Translations under genes and position numbers: made by a program
Source: a virus
Strand: one strand, 5' to 3'
DNA length: 64,000 nt
IMG/VR virus record: IMGVR_UViG_3300030117_005808
Span: 1-64,000 of that record
Shown here: in pieces, positions 29,829 through 41,400 of the stretch
How positions within the stretch are numbered: the first letter of the stretch is position 1
How the letters are laid out: each line of letters begins with the position of its first letter
The notes under the pieces: generated by a model
Seen by the model: the letters and a program-made list of their open reading frames with translations, nothing else
Database searches by the model: none
What the model was told of the DNA's origin: nothing

Positions 29829-30677
29829 ATGAGAAAAGTATTAGTTACGGGTGGTTGTGGTTTCATTGGTAGCAATCTAGTTGATTACCTGAGAGATTTA
29901 AATTACAACGTGGTTGTTGTAGACAATATGTCATCCGGAAAAAAAGAGTATTGTAGAGATGATGTTGAATACCACTTTGATGATTTTCAAAAAATTCTTA
30001 GTGATGGAACCCTAGATGGAGCGGGGATTGAAGCTGTTTTTCATCTGGCCGCAGAAGCTAGAATTCAACCAAGTTTTGAGGATCCAGTTTATACCTGCAA
30101 CAACAATTCTTTTGGAACGGTAATCGTTTGTGAATTTGCACGAAAGAACAAGTGTAAAGTTGTATACGCTGGCTCTAGTTCTTATTATGGTGGAGTTTAT
30201 CTTAATCCTTACTGTTTTGCAAAGTGGCAAGGCGAGGAGGCATGCAAGATGTATTCTGAGGTATACGGAGTTAGTACAGCTATTATGAGATTTTTTAATG
30301 TGTATGGGCCACGCAATCCAATGATTGGTCAATACACTCCGGTGGTCGCTATTTTTGAGCGACAAAAGAAGGATAATACTCCTTTAACAATCGTTGGAGA
30401 TGGAGAGCAGAGAAGAGATTTCACGTTCGTTCGAGATATTTGCAGCGGACTTGAGTTAGCTAGTAGAGACACTTGGAATGGTGAAATATTTAATCTTGGC
30501 ACTGGAATGAACTACTCAATCAATGAGTTAGCAGGCATGTATAACCATGAAAAAGTTCACATCCCGGCCCGCCCCGGTGAAGCAAGATTCTCTCTAGCTG
30601 ATAACTCAAAAACTGTTGAACTGCTAGGCTGGGAACCACAACAAGATTTAGAGGAATATATAAAGAGTATAACATGA
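29829..30677 (+). CDS. NAD-dependent epimerase (UDP-hexose 4-epimerase-like)
   Basis: TGGCGFIG, HLAA, YCFAK, FNVYGP, GDGEQRRDF. Confidence 0.9.
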   Translation: MRKVLVTGGCGFIGSNLVDYLRDLNYNVVVVDNMSSGKKEYCRDDVEYHFDDFQKILSDGTLDGAGIEAVFHLAAEARIQPSFEDPVYTCNNNSFGTVIVCEFARKNKCKVVYAGSSSYYGGVYLNPYCFAKWQGEEACKMYSEVYGVSTAIMRFFNVYGPRNPMIGQYTPVVAIFERQKKDNTPLTIVGDGEQRRDFTFVRDICSGLELASRDTWNGEIFNLGTGMNYSINELAGMYNHEKVHIPARPGEARFSLADNSKTVELLGWEPQQDLEEYIKSIT

Positions 30678-31516
30678 AAGTAGGCTTAATAGGAAACGGT
30701 TTCGTTGGAAGGGCTATCTATGAAAATTTAAAGCAAAATTATGATTTTGTTATTTATGACAAAAACCCTGCGTTAGCCAACTGCTGTAACATTTCAGAAA
30801 TAACGCAAGATTGTAAATTTATTTTTGTCGCAGTGCCGACACCAATGCACTTAGATGGATCCCCAGATCTGTCAATAGTATTAGAGGTAGTTAAGGAAAT
30901 ATATGAAAATTACAATAATAATATTGTAATATTGAAGTCCACTGTGGTTCCGGGCACATCTAAGATGATAAAACAACAGTTTTCCAATCTAAGAATCGTA
31001 TTCAGTCCAGAGTTCTTGACAGAGGCTCATTCAATAGAGGATTTTAAAAATTGCAGTTATATGATTTTTGGTGGACAAGATGAAGATACTCATGAGTGTG
31101 TGAATCTTATGGAGAGTGTTTTTCCTAATAAAAAATATGTTACCTCTGATTGTCAGACCTCTGAAATGGTAAAATATCTGATGAATTGTTTTTTATCGAT
31201 AAAGGTGTCGTTTGCAAACGAGATGAAGCAGGTATGCGACACTATTGGTATTTCATATGATAAGGTTAGTGAACTAGCACTGTTGGATGATAGGATGGGC
31301 AAAAGCCATTTTAGAGTCCCCGGCCCTGATGGATTTCACGGCTTCGGTGGTAAATGTTTTCCAAAAGATTTGAATGCTTTGATGTATTATTGTATTTCAA
31401 ACAATATAAAGCCCACGATGTTAAGAGCAGCGTGGCAAAAAAACTTAGAAGTTAGAGAAGAAAAAGATTGGCTCAATATAGAGGGAGCCGTGACTAAGGA
31501 GAAAAAAGATGAGTAA
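30674..31516 (+). CDS. UDP-glucose/GDP-mannose dehydrogenase family, lacking the C-terminal domain
   Basis: GNGFVG, VPTP, KSTV.PG, PEFL.E, EMVKY, GFGGKCFPKD (catalytic Cys); 280 aa. Confidence 0.88.
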   Translation: MKVGLIGNGFVGRAIYENLKQNYDFVIYDKNPALANCCNISEITQDCKFIFVAVPTPMHLDGSPDLSIVLEVVKEIYENYNNNIVILKSTVVPGTSKMIKQQFSNLRIVFSPEFLTEAHSIEDFKNCSYMIFGGQDEDTHECVNLMESVFPNKKYVTSDCQTSEMVKYLMNCFLSIKVSFANEMKQVCDTIGISYDKVSELALLDDRMGKSHFRVPGPDGFHGFGGKCFPKDLNALMYYCISNNIKPTMLRAAWQKNLEVREEKDWLNIEGAVTKEKKDE

Positions 31517-31709
31517 TAACGATATGTATATGTCAGATCAGGCCCTTGGGTCACTGATGATGGCGCTTCAAAGATCTTTAATGGAGCAATCGGATATAGT
31601 ACCAGTACTGAAAGGTTTTAAATTTAGACTTTCAGAACAAGGTTTGGTGGTTATTAACCCTCCGTTGGTCAAATTACAAGAAGATTTTGAGGAAAACGAG
31701 GAGGAATGA
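31509..31709 (+). CDS. Hypothetical protein
   Basis: 66-aa ORF with AGGAG RBS, overlapping the upstream gene. Confidence 0.7.
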   Translation: MSNNDMYMSDQALGSLMMALQRSLMEQSDIVPVLKGFKFRLSEQGLVVINPPLVKLQEDFEENEEE

Positions 31710-31710
31710 C

Positions 31711-31965
31711 TTGCCACGTTATACTTATAGATGCGATGTCTGTGGCAATTCTTTCGAAGTATCTCACTCAATTTCTGAGAAATTAACTAACTGCAAATGT
31801 GGTAAAGAGGGTTCATTAAAAAGAATCCCCTCTTTGCCTTTTCGTGTTTCTACTAAACCAAATAAACAAAAAGCAGGGGAAATGGTTAAAGATTTTATTG
31901 AAGATACTAAAAAAGAGATAGCGGCCTCCAAATCAGAGATGCTAAAAGAGGTGGATAATGACTGA
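31711..31965 (+). CDS. FmdB-family zinc-ribbon regulatory protein
   Basis: (M)PRYTYRCDVCG..FE...CKCG...LKR; TTG start after GAGGAGG. Confidence 0.82.
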   Translation: MPRYTYRCDVCGNSFEVSHSISEKLTNCKCGKEGSLKRIPSLPFRVSTKPNKQKAGEMVKDFIEDTKKEIAASKSEMLKEVDND

Positions 31966-32305
31966 GTTAATATTTATATCTCTATTTGTGCTTTCTGTTT
32001 TACTAAACATTTTTGTTATTTGGTATTGCCGAAATCTTATAGTGAGTTTGTTCGACGTGTCAAGCAATATGCAAACACTTGTCGAGGAAGTGTTGGCTTT
32101 TGATCAACACTTAAATAGCGTTCATGAGCTAGAAGTATTTTATGGAGACGAAACGCTAGGAAATCTAATACGACATTCTAAGGGTTTAACCGAAACGCTG
32201 GAAGACTTCGTAGAAATCTACACTCTCTTTGACCAAGAAACAGAAGAGAGATTAACCGAGGAGGTGCCTGATGATGCCGATGCCCAGACCCAAGAAACGC
32301 CGTAG
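31958..32305 (+). CDS. Hypothetical membrane-anchored protein
   Basis: N-terminal hydrophobic helix LIFISLFVLSVLLNIFVIWY, then acidic coiled-coil-like region. Confidence 0.7.
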   Translation: MTELIFISLFVLSVLLNIFVIWYCRNLIVSLFDVSSNMQTLVEEVLAFDQHLNSVHELEVFYGDETLGNLIRHSKGLTETLEDFVEIYTLFDQETEERLTEEVPDDADAQTQETP

Positions 32306-32975
32306 AAAGGGTAAACAGTATTTTACCAAAGAGCACGAAAATGCAATAATACAATATGTGGCATCGACAGACATTAGGGAGAGATCCTATCTGTATAACG
32401 AGTTTATCGGCCCTGTATTTAGTGAGATGGTAGACAAAATAGTTTACACTTATAAGTTTACCACACTTCCCAACATCGCGGATTTACAGGACGAATGCAA
32501 GGTGTGGCTTGTCACTATTCTTCCCAAATACAATCCAGAGAAGGCCAAAGCTTTCTCATACTTCTCAGTCATTACCAAAAACTGGTTTATCCATAAAGTC
32601 AAGAAACAAAACAAAAAGCGTAGAACAGAACTTGAGATTGTCGAGCAGTTACCAAAAGAAATGGAAATGAAGTATCTTTCCACTGCCAACCCTTATCCTA
32701 GTCGTCGTGAACACGAAGAGTTTTTCAACTTTCTAAAGAGCGAGATTGATACTTGGGAGCACGACAAAATGAAAGAAAACGAAGAAAAGGTACTAAATGC
32801 CGTCCGTATTCTATTTGAAAGCGCCGAAGACATAGAAATTTTTAACAAGAAAGCTATTTATTTATATATGAGAGAGATAACTGGTTTAAACACCAAACAA
32901 GTTGTCAACAACCTTAATAAAATGCGTGTTAAATATGCAGTCTTCCGCAAAAAATGGAATAAGGGCGAGTTATGA
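32271..32975 (+). CDS. Phage sigma factor, T4 gp55-like (late transcription)
   Basis: Sigma region-2-like DLQDECKVWLV..LPKYNPEKAKAFSYFSVITKNWF (cf. gp55 FDxxK..NPFAYFTxI..N); placed at head of structural module. Confidence 0.72.
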   Translation: MMPMPRPKKRRRKGKQYFTKEHENAIIQYVASTDIRERSYLYNEFIGPVFSEMVDKIVYTYKFTTLPNIADLQDECKVWLVTILPKYNPEKAKAFSYFSVITKNWFIHKVKKQNKKRRTELEIVEQLPKEMEMKYLSTANPYPSRREHEEFFNFLKSEIDTWEHDKMKENEEKVLNAVRILFESAEDIEIFNKKAIYLYMREITGLNTKQVVNNLNKMRVKYAVFRKKWNKGEL

Positions 32976-33265
32976 AAGATTTAGATCACTATCTTGAGAC
33001 AGCGATCAAAAACATACAAGACGACCGTGAGGTCACCAAAGAACTCTTAGACGATGTGATGCGGTACCTCTCCAAAGACGAGGAGAGACACACGCAGGTG
33101 GGCTCCGTGGCGGCTAAGTATGTGGAGACCCTGCAACGCTCCAACGAGCAGCTAGTGAAGATCTCAGGCCTTATTCACAAGCAACAGGCTGGTGACACAG
33201 GCTTGTCAGACTCTGACCGTGAAGACATCTTTGAGATGTTGCAACAGGAGAACGCTGATGGCTGA
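32972..33265 (+). CDS. Hypothetical helical protein
   Basis: 97-aa ORF, ATGA overlap with sigma gene. Confidence 0.72.
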   Translation: MKDLDHYLETAIKNIQDDREVTKELLDDVMRYLSKDEERHTQVGSVAAKYVETLQRSNEQLVKISGLIHKQQAGDTGLSDSDREDIFEMLQQENADG

Positions 33266-34403
33266 AGTAGATTTTCGCAATATCCTTCCGGGCCAATTGA
33301 ATCCAGACCTCACGCCGGTTATTGGTAGTCCGATTGCACGTTCGTCCAATATTATTGATGACCCGATGTCCATATATCGCAGGTCTATCAAAAATGTGTT
33401 TGCCCCAAATGTGTTTGAAAATGTTACCGTTCTCCGAGCAGTGGTTTTATATGTTTATCAAACGCCGGGCCAGCCAATCCTTGGTAACCTGCCGCTTAAA
33501 CAACGTTCAAGAAACGAGAGGTCGGACGCTACCTCCGTACATTTAGTTCAGTACGGCCTTGAAGCCGGCGATGAGGTTTATATTAAATGTATGATTCCAG
33601 AGGTTCATTTGCACAACCCCAACCCATTTGAGGCTAATGATGCTGCTGGGTTTTTAAGTATTTCGGATGCTTTTTATCCTGCATATCAAGTCACTGATAA
33701 GATGGTGGCCTCTGATTGCAAAGGTTTAATGCCGGGCTCTATTGTTGAGGTTAGGTTTGATGACCCAAACAGATCTATTGGGTATGTATCCATGGTTGTG
33801 AATAGAGCGACAAATCATATTCTCGGAGATCTTATTCAGCAAAACTCTGCCCGAGGTGCTTTTAACGGAGCTAGCCCAGCAACAACCCCATATCCCGGCG
33901 AGGAGTCGAGCAGCGAAGGTGACTTGGATCCGGAGTTCGCAGAATTATTAAATAATTTATTGGACAGCGTTTTTGCTGAATATGGCTACACGTTTACTAT
34001 TGAAAGAACTTTCCGATCGGAAGAAAGGCAAGAATTCTATAAAGATCAGGGATGGTCTTCGGTCACGCGTGGCCAGCACAACAATGTTGACTCCTCTGGC
34101 AATCCTGCCGCACTCGCGGCTGATGTTAATGTGACTGGTATACCAACTCCGGGCACATCAGGCACCGGACCCATGAGTCCAAATGAAGCAGCAGCTTATA
34201 TCGCACTAAGAGACACAGCACCTAGATTCGGACTTCGCACTGGCGGCGCATATAGCACTACTGCCCCTAATGGCGAACCATCGGCGGGAGCAGCTTATGG
34301 GCTCGGTTGGGATCCTTTCCATATTGAGTACGCGCCTCCACGAAGCGTACAAATAGCAAGCGATGTTGGCGTAGCAGACCCCGACGCAACAGAGATCGTT
34401 TAG
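33258..34403 (+). CDS. Baseplate/tail-associated protein with C-terminal M15-family peptidoglycan peptidase
   Basis: TFRSEERQ...GQH...AAD...WDPFHIE Zn-peptidase pattern; N-terminal OB-like region; ATG 33258 after AGGAG. Confidence 0.72.
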   Translation: MAEVDFRNILPGQLNPDLTPVIGSPIARSSNIIDDPMSIYRRSIKNVFAPNVFENVTVLRAVVLYVYQTPGQPILGNLPLKQRSRNERSDATSVHLVQYGLEAGDEVYIKCMIPEVHLHNPNPFEANDAAGFLSISDAFYPAYQVTDKMVASDCKGLMPGSIVEVRFDDPNRSIGYVSMVVNRATNHILGDLIQQNSARGAFNGASPATTPYPGEESSSEGDLDPEFAELLNNLLDSVFAEYGYTFTIERTFRSEERQEFYKDQGWSSVTRGQHNNVDSSGNPAALAADVNVTGIPTPGTSGTGPMSPNEAAAYIALRDTAPRFGLRTGGAYSTTAPNGEPSAGAAYGLGWDPFHIEYAPPRSVQIASDVGVADPDATEIV

Positions 34404-34413
34404 AGAGTTTAAA

Positions 34414-35448
34414 ATGGCAAGAGATAAAAAAATAAATAAGAAGAATAAGAAATTAAGCCCGTTTGATGGAAAACTGAGCCCTAAAGACGGAGCAGGGTTC
34501 GACAACACGGTTTTAAAAGAAAAGCAACCACACTATGTGTTGGCAGAATGTGAAAAACAATATCCACCAAGTGTTTTGAATAATGCTAGAATTGTATTTG
34601 GCCGCGACCGAAACTCTTCTATTAGTTCGGGCTATGGTGGTAAAGGCCACACCAGAGCCGGCGCAATTGATTTAGTTGTTGGTCTTCAAGGGTGGTCACC
34701 GGGTGAAAACTATAAAGAGATTAAAAAGACCGGTGAAGAGAAGATGGGTTTTGCTGATAAAAGCTTTGGCTCGATGAATAACGGACAGCCCGGCGATGCT
34801 GCAAGGATTTATATATCCCAACGCGCCGACATCGATAAATATTTTGATATATGTGATGGCAATGTTGGACAATCAATAGCAGAGTCTGCCATTGGCATGA
34901 AGGCCGATTCCATTAGGATTATGGCCAGAAAAGGCATTAAAATTGTTACCGGAAAGAACCCGCCCGGTAGAAACTCTTTAGATGGTAAACTAAATGAGAC
35001 TTACGGTATTGACCTCATTGCCGGAAACCGCGATTTTAGCACAGGACTAGAAACCGTGGGTGCCAAAGTGGCTGATATGTTGGATTTACCATTTGGCCGA
35101 CCACACCCTCTACAGCCCATCCCTAAAGGGGACAATCTAGTATTCTTTTTAGATATATTGTCAGATAACATAGTGCTCCTTAACTCTGTTGTTGCTGGTT
35201 TACTTATGATTGTTCCTCTTTTATCAAACGCAACACTCTCGCCAAAAGCAGGCCTAGGCCCAACAGGCCCAGTAACTACTTTTCCGGGCCTCTCGGATCT
35301 ATCCAGTGTCTCAGCATATTTATCTCTTATTAATAAACAAATGACCAAGCTGATATCGCAACAAGCAAATATGACGGCTGTAAAAAACAACTATTTGCAA
35401 CACGGTAGCATATACTATATTAATAGCCGACATAACAGGACCAACTAA
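34414..35448 (+). CDS. Baseplate hub/spike (gp5 C-terminal-like) protein
   Basis: ARIVFGRDR, ARIYISQ, IGMKADSIRIMARKGIKIVT beta-strand repeats, PIPKGDNL; position upstream of gp25. Confidence 0.5.
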   Translation: MARDKKINKKNKKLSPFDGKLSPKDGAGFDNTVLKEKQPHYVLAECEKQYPPSVLNNARIVFGRDRNSSISSGYGGKGHTRAGAIDLVVGLQGWSPGENYKEIKKTGEEKMGFADKSFGSMNNGQPGDAARIYISQRADIDKYFDICDGNVGQSIAESAIGMKADSIRIMARKGIKIVTGKNPPGRNSLDGKLNETYGIDLIAGNRDFSTGLETVGAKVADMLDLPFGRPHPLQPIPKGDNLVFFLDILSDNIVLLNSVVAGLLMIVPLLSNATLSPKAGLGPTGPVTTFPGLSDLSSVSAYLSLINKQMTKLISQQANMTAVKNNYLQHGSIYYINSRHNRTN

Positions 35449-35450
35449 AA

Positions 35451-38400
35451 ATGTCAAAGATTAAAAGAGAAGACGGTAAAAGCAGTATAGAAGAATATAC
35501 TGGTGCAGAAACCGAAGAGGGCTTTGAGTCTGGATCCCGTCGTGGAAGAAGTCGAGATGGGGAAGATACCGGCTCATACCTTGATCCCAATCAGGATCCC
35601 TCCGCTCCCGATGATGAGTCAGAAGGCAAAGACACATCTGATGGTTCTTTGTTAGAAGATTATGCTGATCTTTACGACCCGATAGACGAAAGTTTCAAAT
35701 TTCTTGAATGTGATCCAGTTGAACAAGTAGATGACAAGCCACCTTGTCCTGTATGTCGCCCTAATCCGTATGCTTATGTCCCCGACTATCGTATGATGGA
35801 AAACGGTGAAGTGTTTTTTAACGGCAAGAACTGTACACAAAACATAGTGTTAACCTTCGACGCACCGGCAAACTCTGTTTTAACTGGTGCGACAATCAAA
35901 GAAAGCCGCGAAGACTCAGAGGTATTTGCACCAGCGCCCGATAGACAAATAATCGAATCAACTGGCCCGACCGTTTCGGAACTAAAAAGCCCAAACTTTA
36001 AGAAAGAGCAAAAACAAATTGGCATTGGAAAACTCCTAGATTATTTTAATAAATCCACAGAGGCAACAGCTTTTATTTACCGAGCTAAACCACCAAAAGA
36101 TAGAGTGTTGGCTGGAACTACTGCTGCTCTTGGGACAGGTGGCACAGCAGCGGCAATAGCTTTAGCAGCTACAGCCCCTGCATCTTTAGCTCTTCTAGTC
36201 GGCGCCACCGCCGCAGTCACACTTGGCCTTGGGTATGCAGCATTATTACCTAAGAAGAAAGGTTATGATCTATCAACAGAAGAAATAGATATCCCAAAAG
36301 AGTTGATGAAATATGCAACATATGAATATCATATTCCCTTACAACTTAAAGCAAGGACAAGGGTTTTGATATCGATTCCTGTCGAACAATTTAACCGTGC
36401 GCCAGATAGGCTTGTTTCGGAACCAGAAACGGACTTTGAAGATAAGCTAGAAGTCACATTTATGGGTAACGATATTAACGGTATGATAAAAAGAGCAACG
36501 TCTGCTTTTAGGGTTTATGATAATGAACTTAAGAGATGGAGAGGATTTGAGGGAGGCAAGCTTGTTGAGGTCAACAGTGGTAGAACAAGTGCTTTTAGTC
36601 TAGCTTCTGAGGCTGACAAGCTTGTGACATTTAAGCATGAACTTGACAATTTAATGGAGGAGCTTGGCTTTTCTTTAGATCCGTTTAAACCCGGCAAAAG
36701 ACCAGAAAAAATACTTATTAAGTTTAAGTTTGAGAACGAAAAATATTCTATTCGACAAATACATGTTAATCTACCGGGCTGTCCTGTTGTTAAAGTTGGA
36801 CCCCGAGGCAAATTTAAGGGCTTATATGAAAAGTATACTAAAAAGTCCCCGCTTGGCCGTTCTAGAACTCTGCATTATGTCGGCGCATTGCCAGAAATCG
36901 ATATTGCATTAACTGCACGAACACCAATGCCATGGCTCGAAGTCACAACCAAGTTCACATATCCTCCTCTTGAAATACAAAACGGTATTAACTCAAATAC
37001 TATGTTTAATGATCCAACTATGTTGGGCTGTCTGATAAACTCAAACCTTGCAGATGAGAGAGTGGATGATTTTTTCAATGATATAACTGGCCTTCTTGAT
37101 GGTTTTGACGATTTATTTTTGGCCAAACTCGGAGAGTTTAGTTGTAAAACACGCGAGCAACTTCAAGACGATTTAACTGTATTACAAAATTTCGACAATG
37201 TGTTCACAGCCCAAAGTAAGCGAGTCCTAACGCAACTTCGCAATGAACTACGCGCTGACGATCCATATTTAGATATTGTTGTACAAGAAATGTTCCCGGC
37301 ACAGACTGCTTGGGGCGAACTTAGCCCCCAACAGCAAGCTGCTGAAATTAAAGAGCATGGCTCTCTGAAGGCCGCTAAGGAATCAAATGCTCCAAAAGAC
37401 GTTCAGGAAAAGTTTTTTGTTAGATTGAACGATAGGTTAGGTCATTGCGGGTGGATCGCTTTAACGATGAGAGCTATTGATTGTGTCGCACAAGGTATAA
37501 CTGGTGACGCTGCAACAAAACTCCTCGCGGAAGCAGCTTTTGATGCTATGGAAGACGCAGCGTTAACAAGATCTTTCTTAGGACTTTCACCAGAGGCTCA
37601 ACAGAAAGTTGTCGATTCTATGCGAAATAACTTTGGTGATATGCCAGCGCCTTGGGATACTGACTATCAGCCCGGAAATTATACAGGTGCAGGCTTTTCG
37701 GTTAGCCCACTTAGTGCAGACCAGAAAAACTTTCTCGATGAGGAAGGAGGCCAAGAGGCGGTTGATGAGGCTCTTGCTGATGTAAGAGAAGCCGAGGCGG
37801 ACACGCCACCCAAACCTCTCAGTCAGAGGGGATCGGGCGGCACATATGGTCGAGCTTTGGGCGGCGTCCAAAAGGAGGCTTACGATGCACTTAAGCAGTC
37901 CATGTTTGATGCTCTCGGCGCGGAAGAGCTACTAGAGGCTGCGAATCAACTTCCCGGCGCTCCAATCATATCACAGATACTTAAAAGAGTAGCTTGTAGG
38001 CAGACACCCCTTATCTATAGTGAACCAAAACTGGATTCGTTCCTAAGCACCGTAGAATTTGATTTCTGCCAGTGGGATTCTGACATGACATTCCCTGAAT
38101 TTGGCATACTTAGTATTCCTGATCTTTTTGCAAGATTGTTAAAAGCTTTGGAAGAAGCCATTATTGAGACTGCCGTAGCTATTGCAATGCAAGTGGTTAA
38201 ATTAATCTTAGAAAAGATCTTTTCTCTTGCTTGTGATGCTTTGGCATTACTCGGAGCTAACTTACTCGACCTTACTAACGGAAACAATCACTTTAGGAAC
38301 CTATTGAAGGACAACCTGTGCCCCGATGCATCTCAAGAGGATATGAACGATACAATCAAAAACCTGTTTGACGCCCTTGGAGATCCTGATCAGGATTGTC

Positions 38401-41400
38401 TTGAAAGATTGACAAACGATGAGATGGGAGATTTCATTGATGATATATCCTTGATGTTAACACAAGGCCAAATATGTCAACTTCTAAGGGGCAACCCAAG
38501 CGACGAAACAATGAAAATGGCAATGGAGCTTGCACAAACATCAGGTTCGGAGTGTATTAGGGATATATTTTCAGATCCCAACGCGTTCAGAGATTTCTTT
38601 AGGTCACTCGCGCCATTTATCCCCAACTTAAATGAGTTATGTGATAACTTACTACCAAATGCTAGCGATTTGGATGTCTACCCTTGTGCCCCCGGCACTG
38701 CTGACAAGATCGAAGAGTTTAGGTGTGACCTCTTGCAACAGAAGGGACTCACAAAGGAAGAGTGCAGAGATATTCTTGACGATCTTAAAGATAAGGCTCT
38801 AATGGATTTGGCAGATCTAGCCGATGTAATGCAGAACGGACCATTTGCAAACACACCTCCAATGAGATCCGACGCCGATTGTCCAGCCGCTGGTTTCTTC
38901 CCAAATGAACACCCGCTTCAAAAGGCTCTTAATAATAATATTTCTAAATCAATGATGGAAACTATTGAGAAGGCTCACTTAAGAGACCTGTGGGGCAATA
39001 TTAATAAAGGCACAGGCCAAGGCGGTTTCTTAAATGCTGTCTTGTCCGATACATTAGGACGCCCCTACAAACAACACAACTGGTATGTTGAACACCTTGG
39101 TGCTCCATTGGCAGCAGATTTTGGTTTTTTCGATTATCATTGTGATAATGCGATTATGAAACCCCAAGAGGGCAAGGTTGATGGTAACAAAAACAAGCCT
39201 ATAAATGTATTTGGTGAAGAACTGGCAGGCGAAGAGGGTGGTAAGTCTGGAAGGCAATCTTTCGGCGCCGGCTATTCTAATGGCGGGTATCCTCCAACCG
39301 TAGCGGCTCATCTTTCCAAGAAGTTTAAAAATATGCACAAAAACATGACGTTTAGCACTACAACTAAGCCTCCGGGTTTTCCAAATATGGCATCAGCCAT
39401 AGAAGAGTTTGAAAGAGTTCAAAGAGTTAACGAAAAACGCATTGATGAGCGTAGCAAATATATCGAAGCTTGGATTAGAGAGAATGATATTGAAGATAGA
39501 TTTCAATCTAAGAGATCGGTCCTCGCGCAAGATCTTCGTTCGGGTATCACTAAGAAGATATTCTTTGCCGAGTTTGCCAGAGACGAAGATAAAGTCAGCA
39601 CAACTAATATCGCAAGAAAATCCAATCCCAAAAACTCAGCCGGTGACTTGGCCCGAGAGGTTTTATTAGGTAAGCAAGTTTTAGGTGGTGTTGGAAAGAA
39701 GGGGGAAAAAGGAGTTCCATCTCGCTCGGGCACCAAGGGAGAAGTATTTATTGATTTTTATGCCGGAAAACATCAGTTACTTCCGCTTCCCGATACTTCA
39801 TCTGCTGACGTTGTACTAAAATATGGAGCATACTCAACAGACCCTGAAGACAATGAATCACCGTATCAGTTCACGATTGAGTATGATTACAATTTGTTTG
39901 ATCAAGAAACACAACGCATAATCGATGATAACAGATACAAAATTAAAGTCACTGAAACATATAGAACTGGCAAACCCTCTGGCAAGACCAAGAAGGAGTT
40001 ACGCAAGCTTGGCAACCAACAACTAACAACATCAATTTATCAACCGAATGCTACGGGGTACTCTTTTCCTAGATATGAATTTGAAGTTGTGTCCAACCCA
40101 CCGGGTGACATAGCTGATTTCTTAGATGGTTTGACTGAAGCAACACCGGGCGAACCATTAACAAGGCCAACTGCGGATCCATTGGGCGATTCTTTTGAGA
40201 CCGAGGCATTGTATAACTTCTTTAGAAGTCAGTTAACTGACATTTCGGAGGACCAACGCACAGCAGTTAGAGTTATGGATAGAGGAGCATTTAGAAACTA
40301 TTTTGCCAAAAAAGAAGATGTTTTTGACCCGCTAAATATTAATGAGCCAATAAAAAAATTAAACCTATTTGATCAACTCTCAACAGGATTTATAGAAAGA
40401 ATCTCCACACTTGTGTCAACTGGAAACCCAAATGACGGATACAAGGGCAGAGATGACGACGATCTTAGTAAAACAGAAAAGAAAATCGCGGATAAGATGA
40501 GCCTTGACAATATATCCAGAGCCTTCCAGTTCGGGTATAACCCAGATCGGCAGGCTAAGATTGTTGAACTTGATCCATTAAAATTTGGTGGCCCTATCGC
40601 TCGGGCAAACCCTGATTTAGTTCCCCCTCCGTTTTATGTAAAGGCTAGAAGATTCAAAGGCTGGTTAGATTTGTGCGACACACTAGTTCCAGAGGTATCA
40701 GGTTGTGAGCCAGAATCCAAAGCCATATATAACTTAGAAGATTTGTCAGATCTCGTAAGCTCGCTAGAATCGCAACTAACAGCAGATCCAAGATTACAAA
40801 ACGATCCGCTTTGTTCCCAAGAAGCACCATGCGATAAGATTCTTAGTTCTTTTGATGCCGCCAACCTTGAAGCCTCCATGAGGGCAATCATAAGAATATA
40901 CACTTTGGACGTGTTCTTAAGAACGATACCAGTCTTCACAGCATTCGCATTAACAAAAGATAACTATGATGACCTAATGTTGACGTTTGTTGTTGAAAGA
41001 ATGAAGCAAGGTCTTGTCATTGATGGTGCTAAGAGAACAGGTGCAGCCGACAACACTTATTACTACAGGTTCCTAGAGCAAGCGGTTAACAATACTAAAA
41101 GAAAACTAGACGCTGGAATATTAACTGCTGAAGATTTAACTGATGAAGAGAACGCTGCTTTTGATAGAATATCCATGGAAATAGCAAAGTTTTACGATCA
41201 ATTTGATGGACAGTTAGAGTGCCTATCTGATGCAGCTATTAAAGGTAAAGGTATTTTTGATGGATTCTTTTCTACTTCCGCTGCTGCCTCTGCGGTCGGT
41301 ATTGGTGCGGGAAGCAACAGATTTAATAAGGGAGTTGCTAAAAATGCGAAAGACAGGGCATTTAAAGATTTTGTCGGCCGCACCGAAAAAGACGCGCTCC

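Noticed and set aside
2351-31516. Bacterial chromosomal O-antigen/capsule locus
   Set aside because: No flippase, polymerase or initiating transferase; flanked by phage genes; shares CCWGG avoidance and strand with the structural genes.
32853-32860. GCTATTTA inside the sigma gene, and intragenic ACTATTTA at ~18437, 25057 and 46064, as late promoters
   Set aside because: Far from start codons and explicable by coding constraints and chance in AT-rich DNA.
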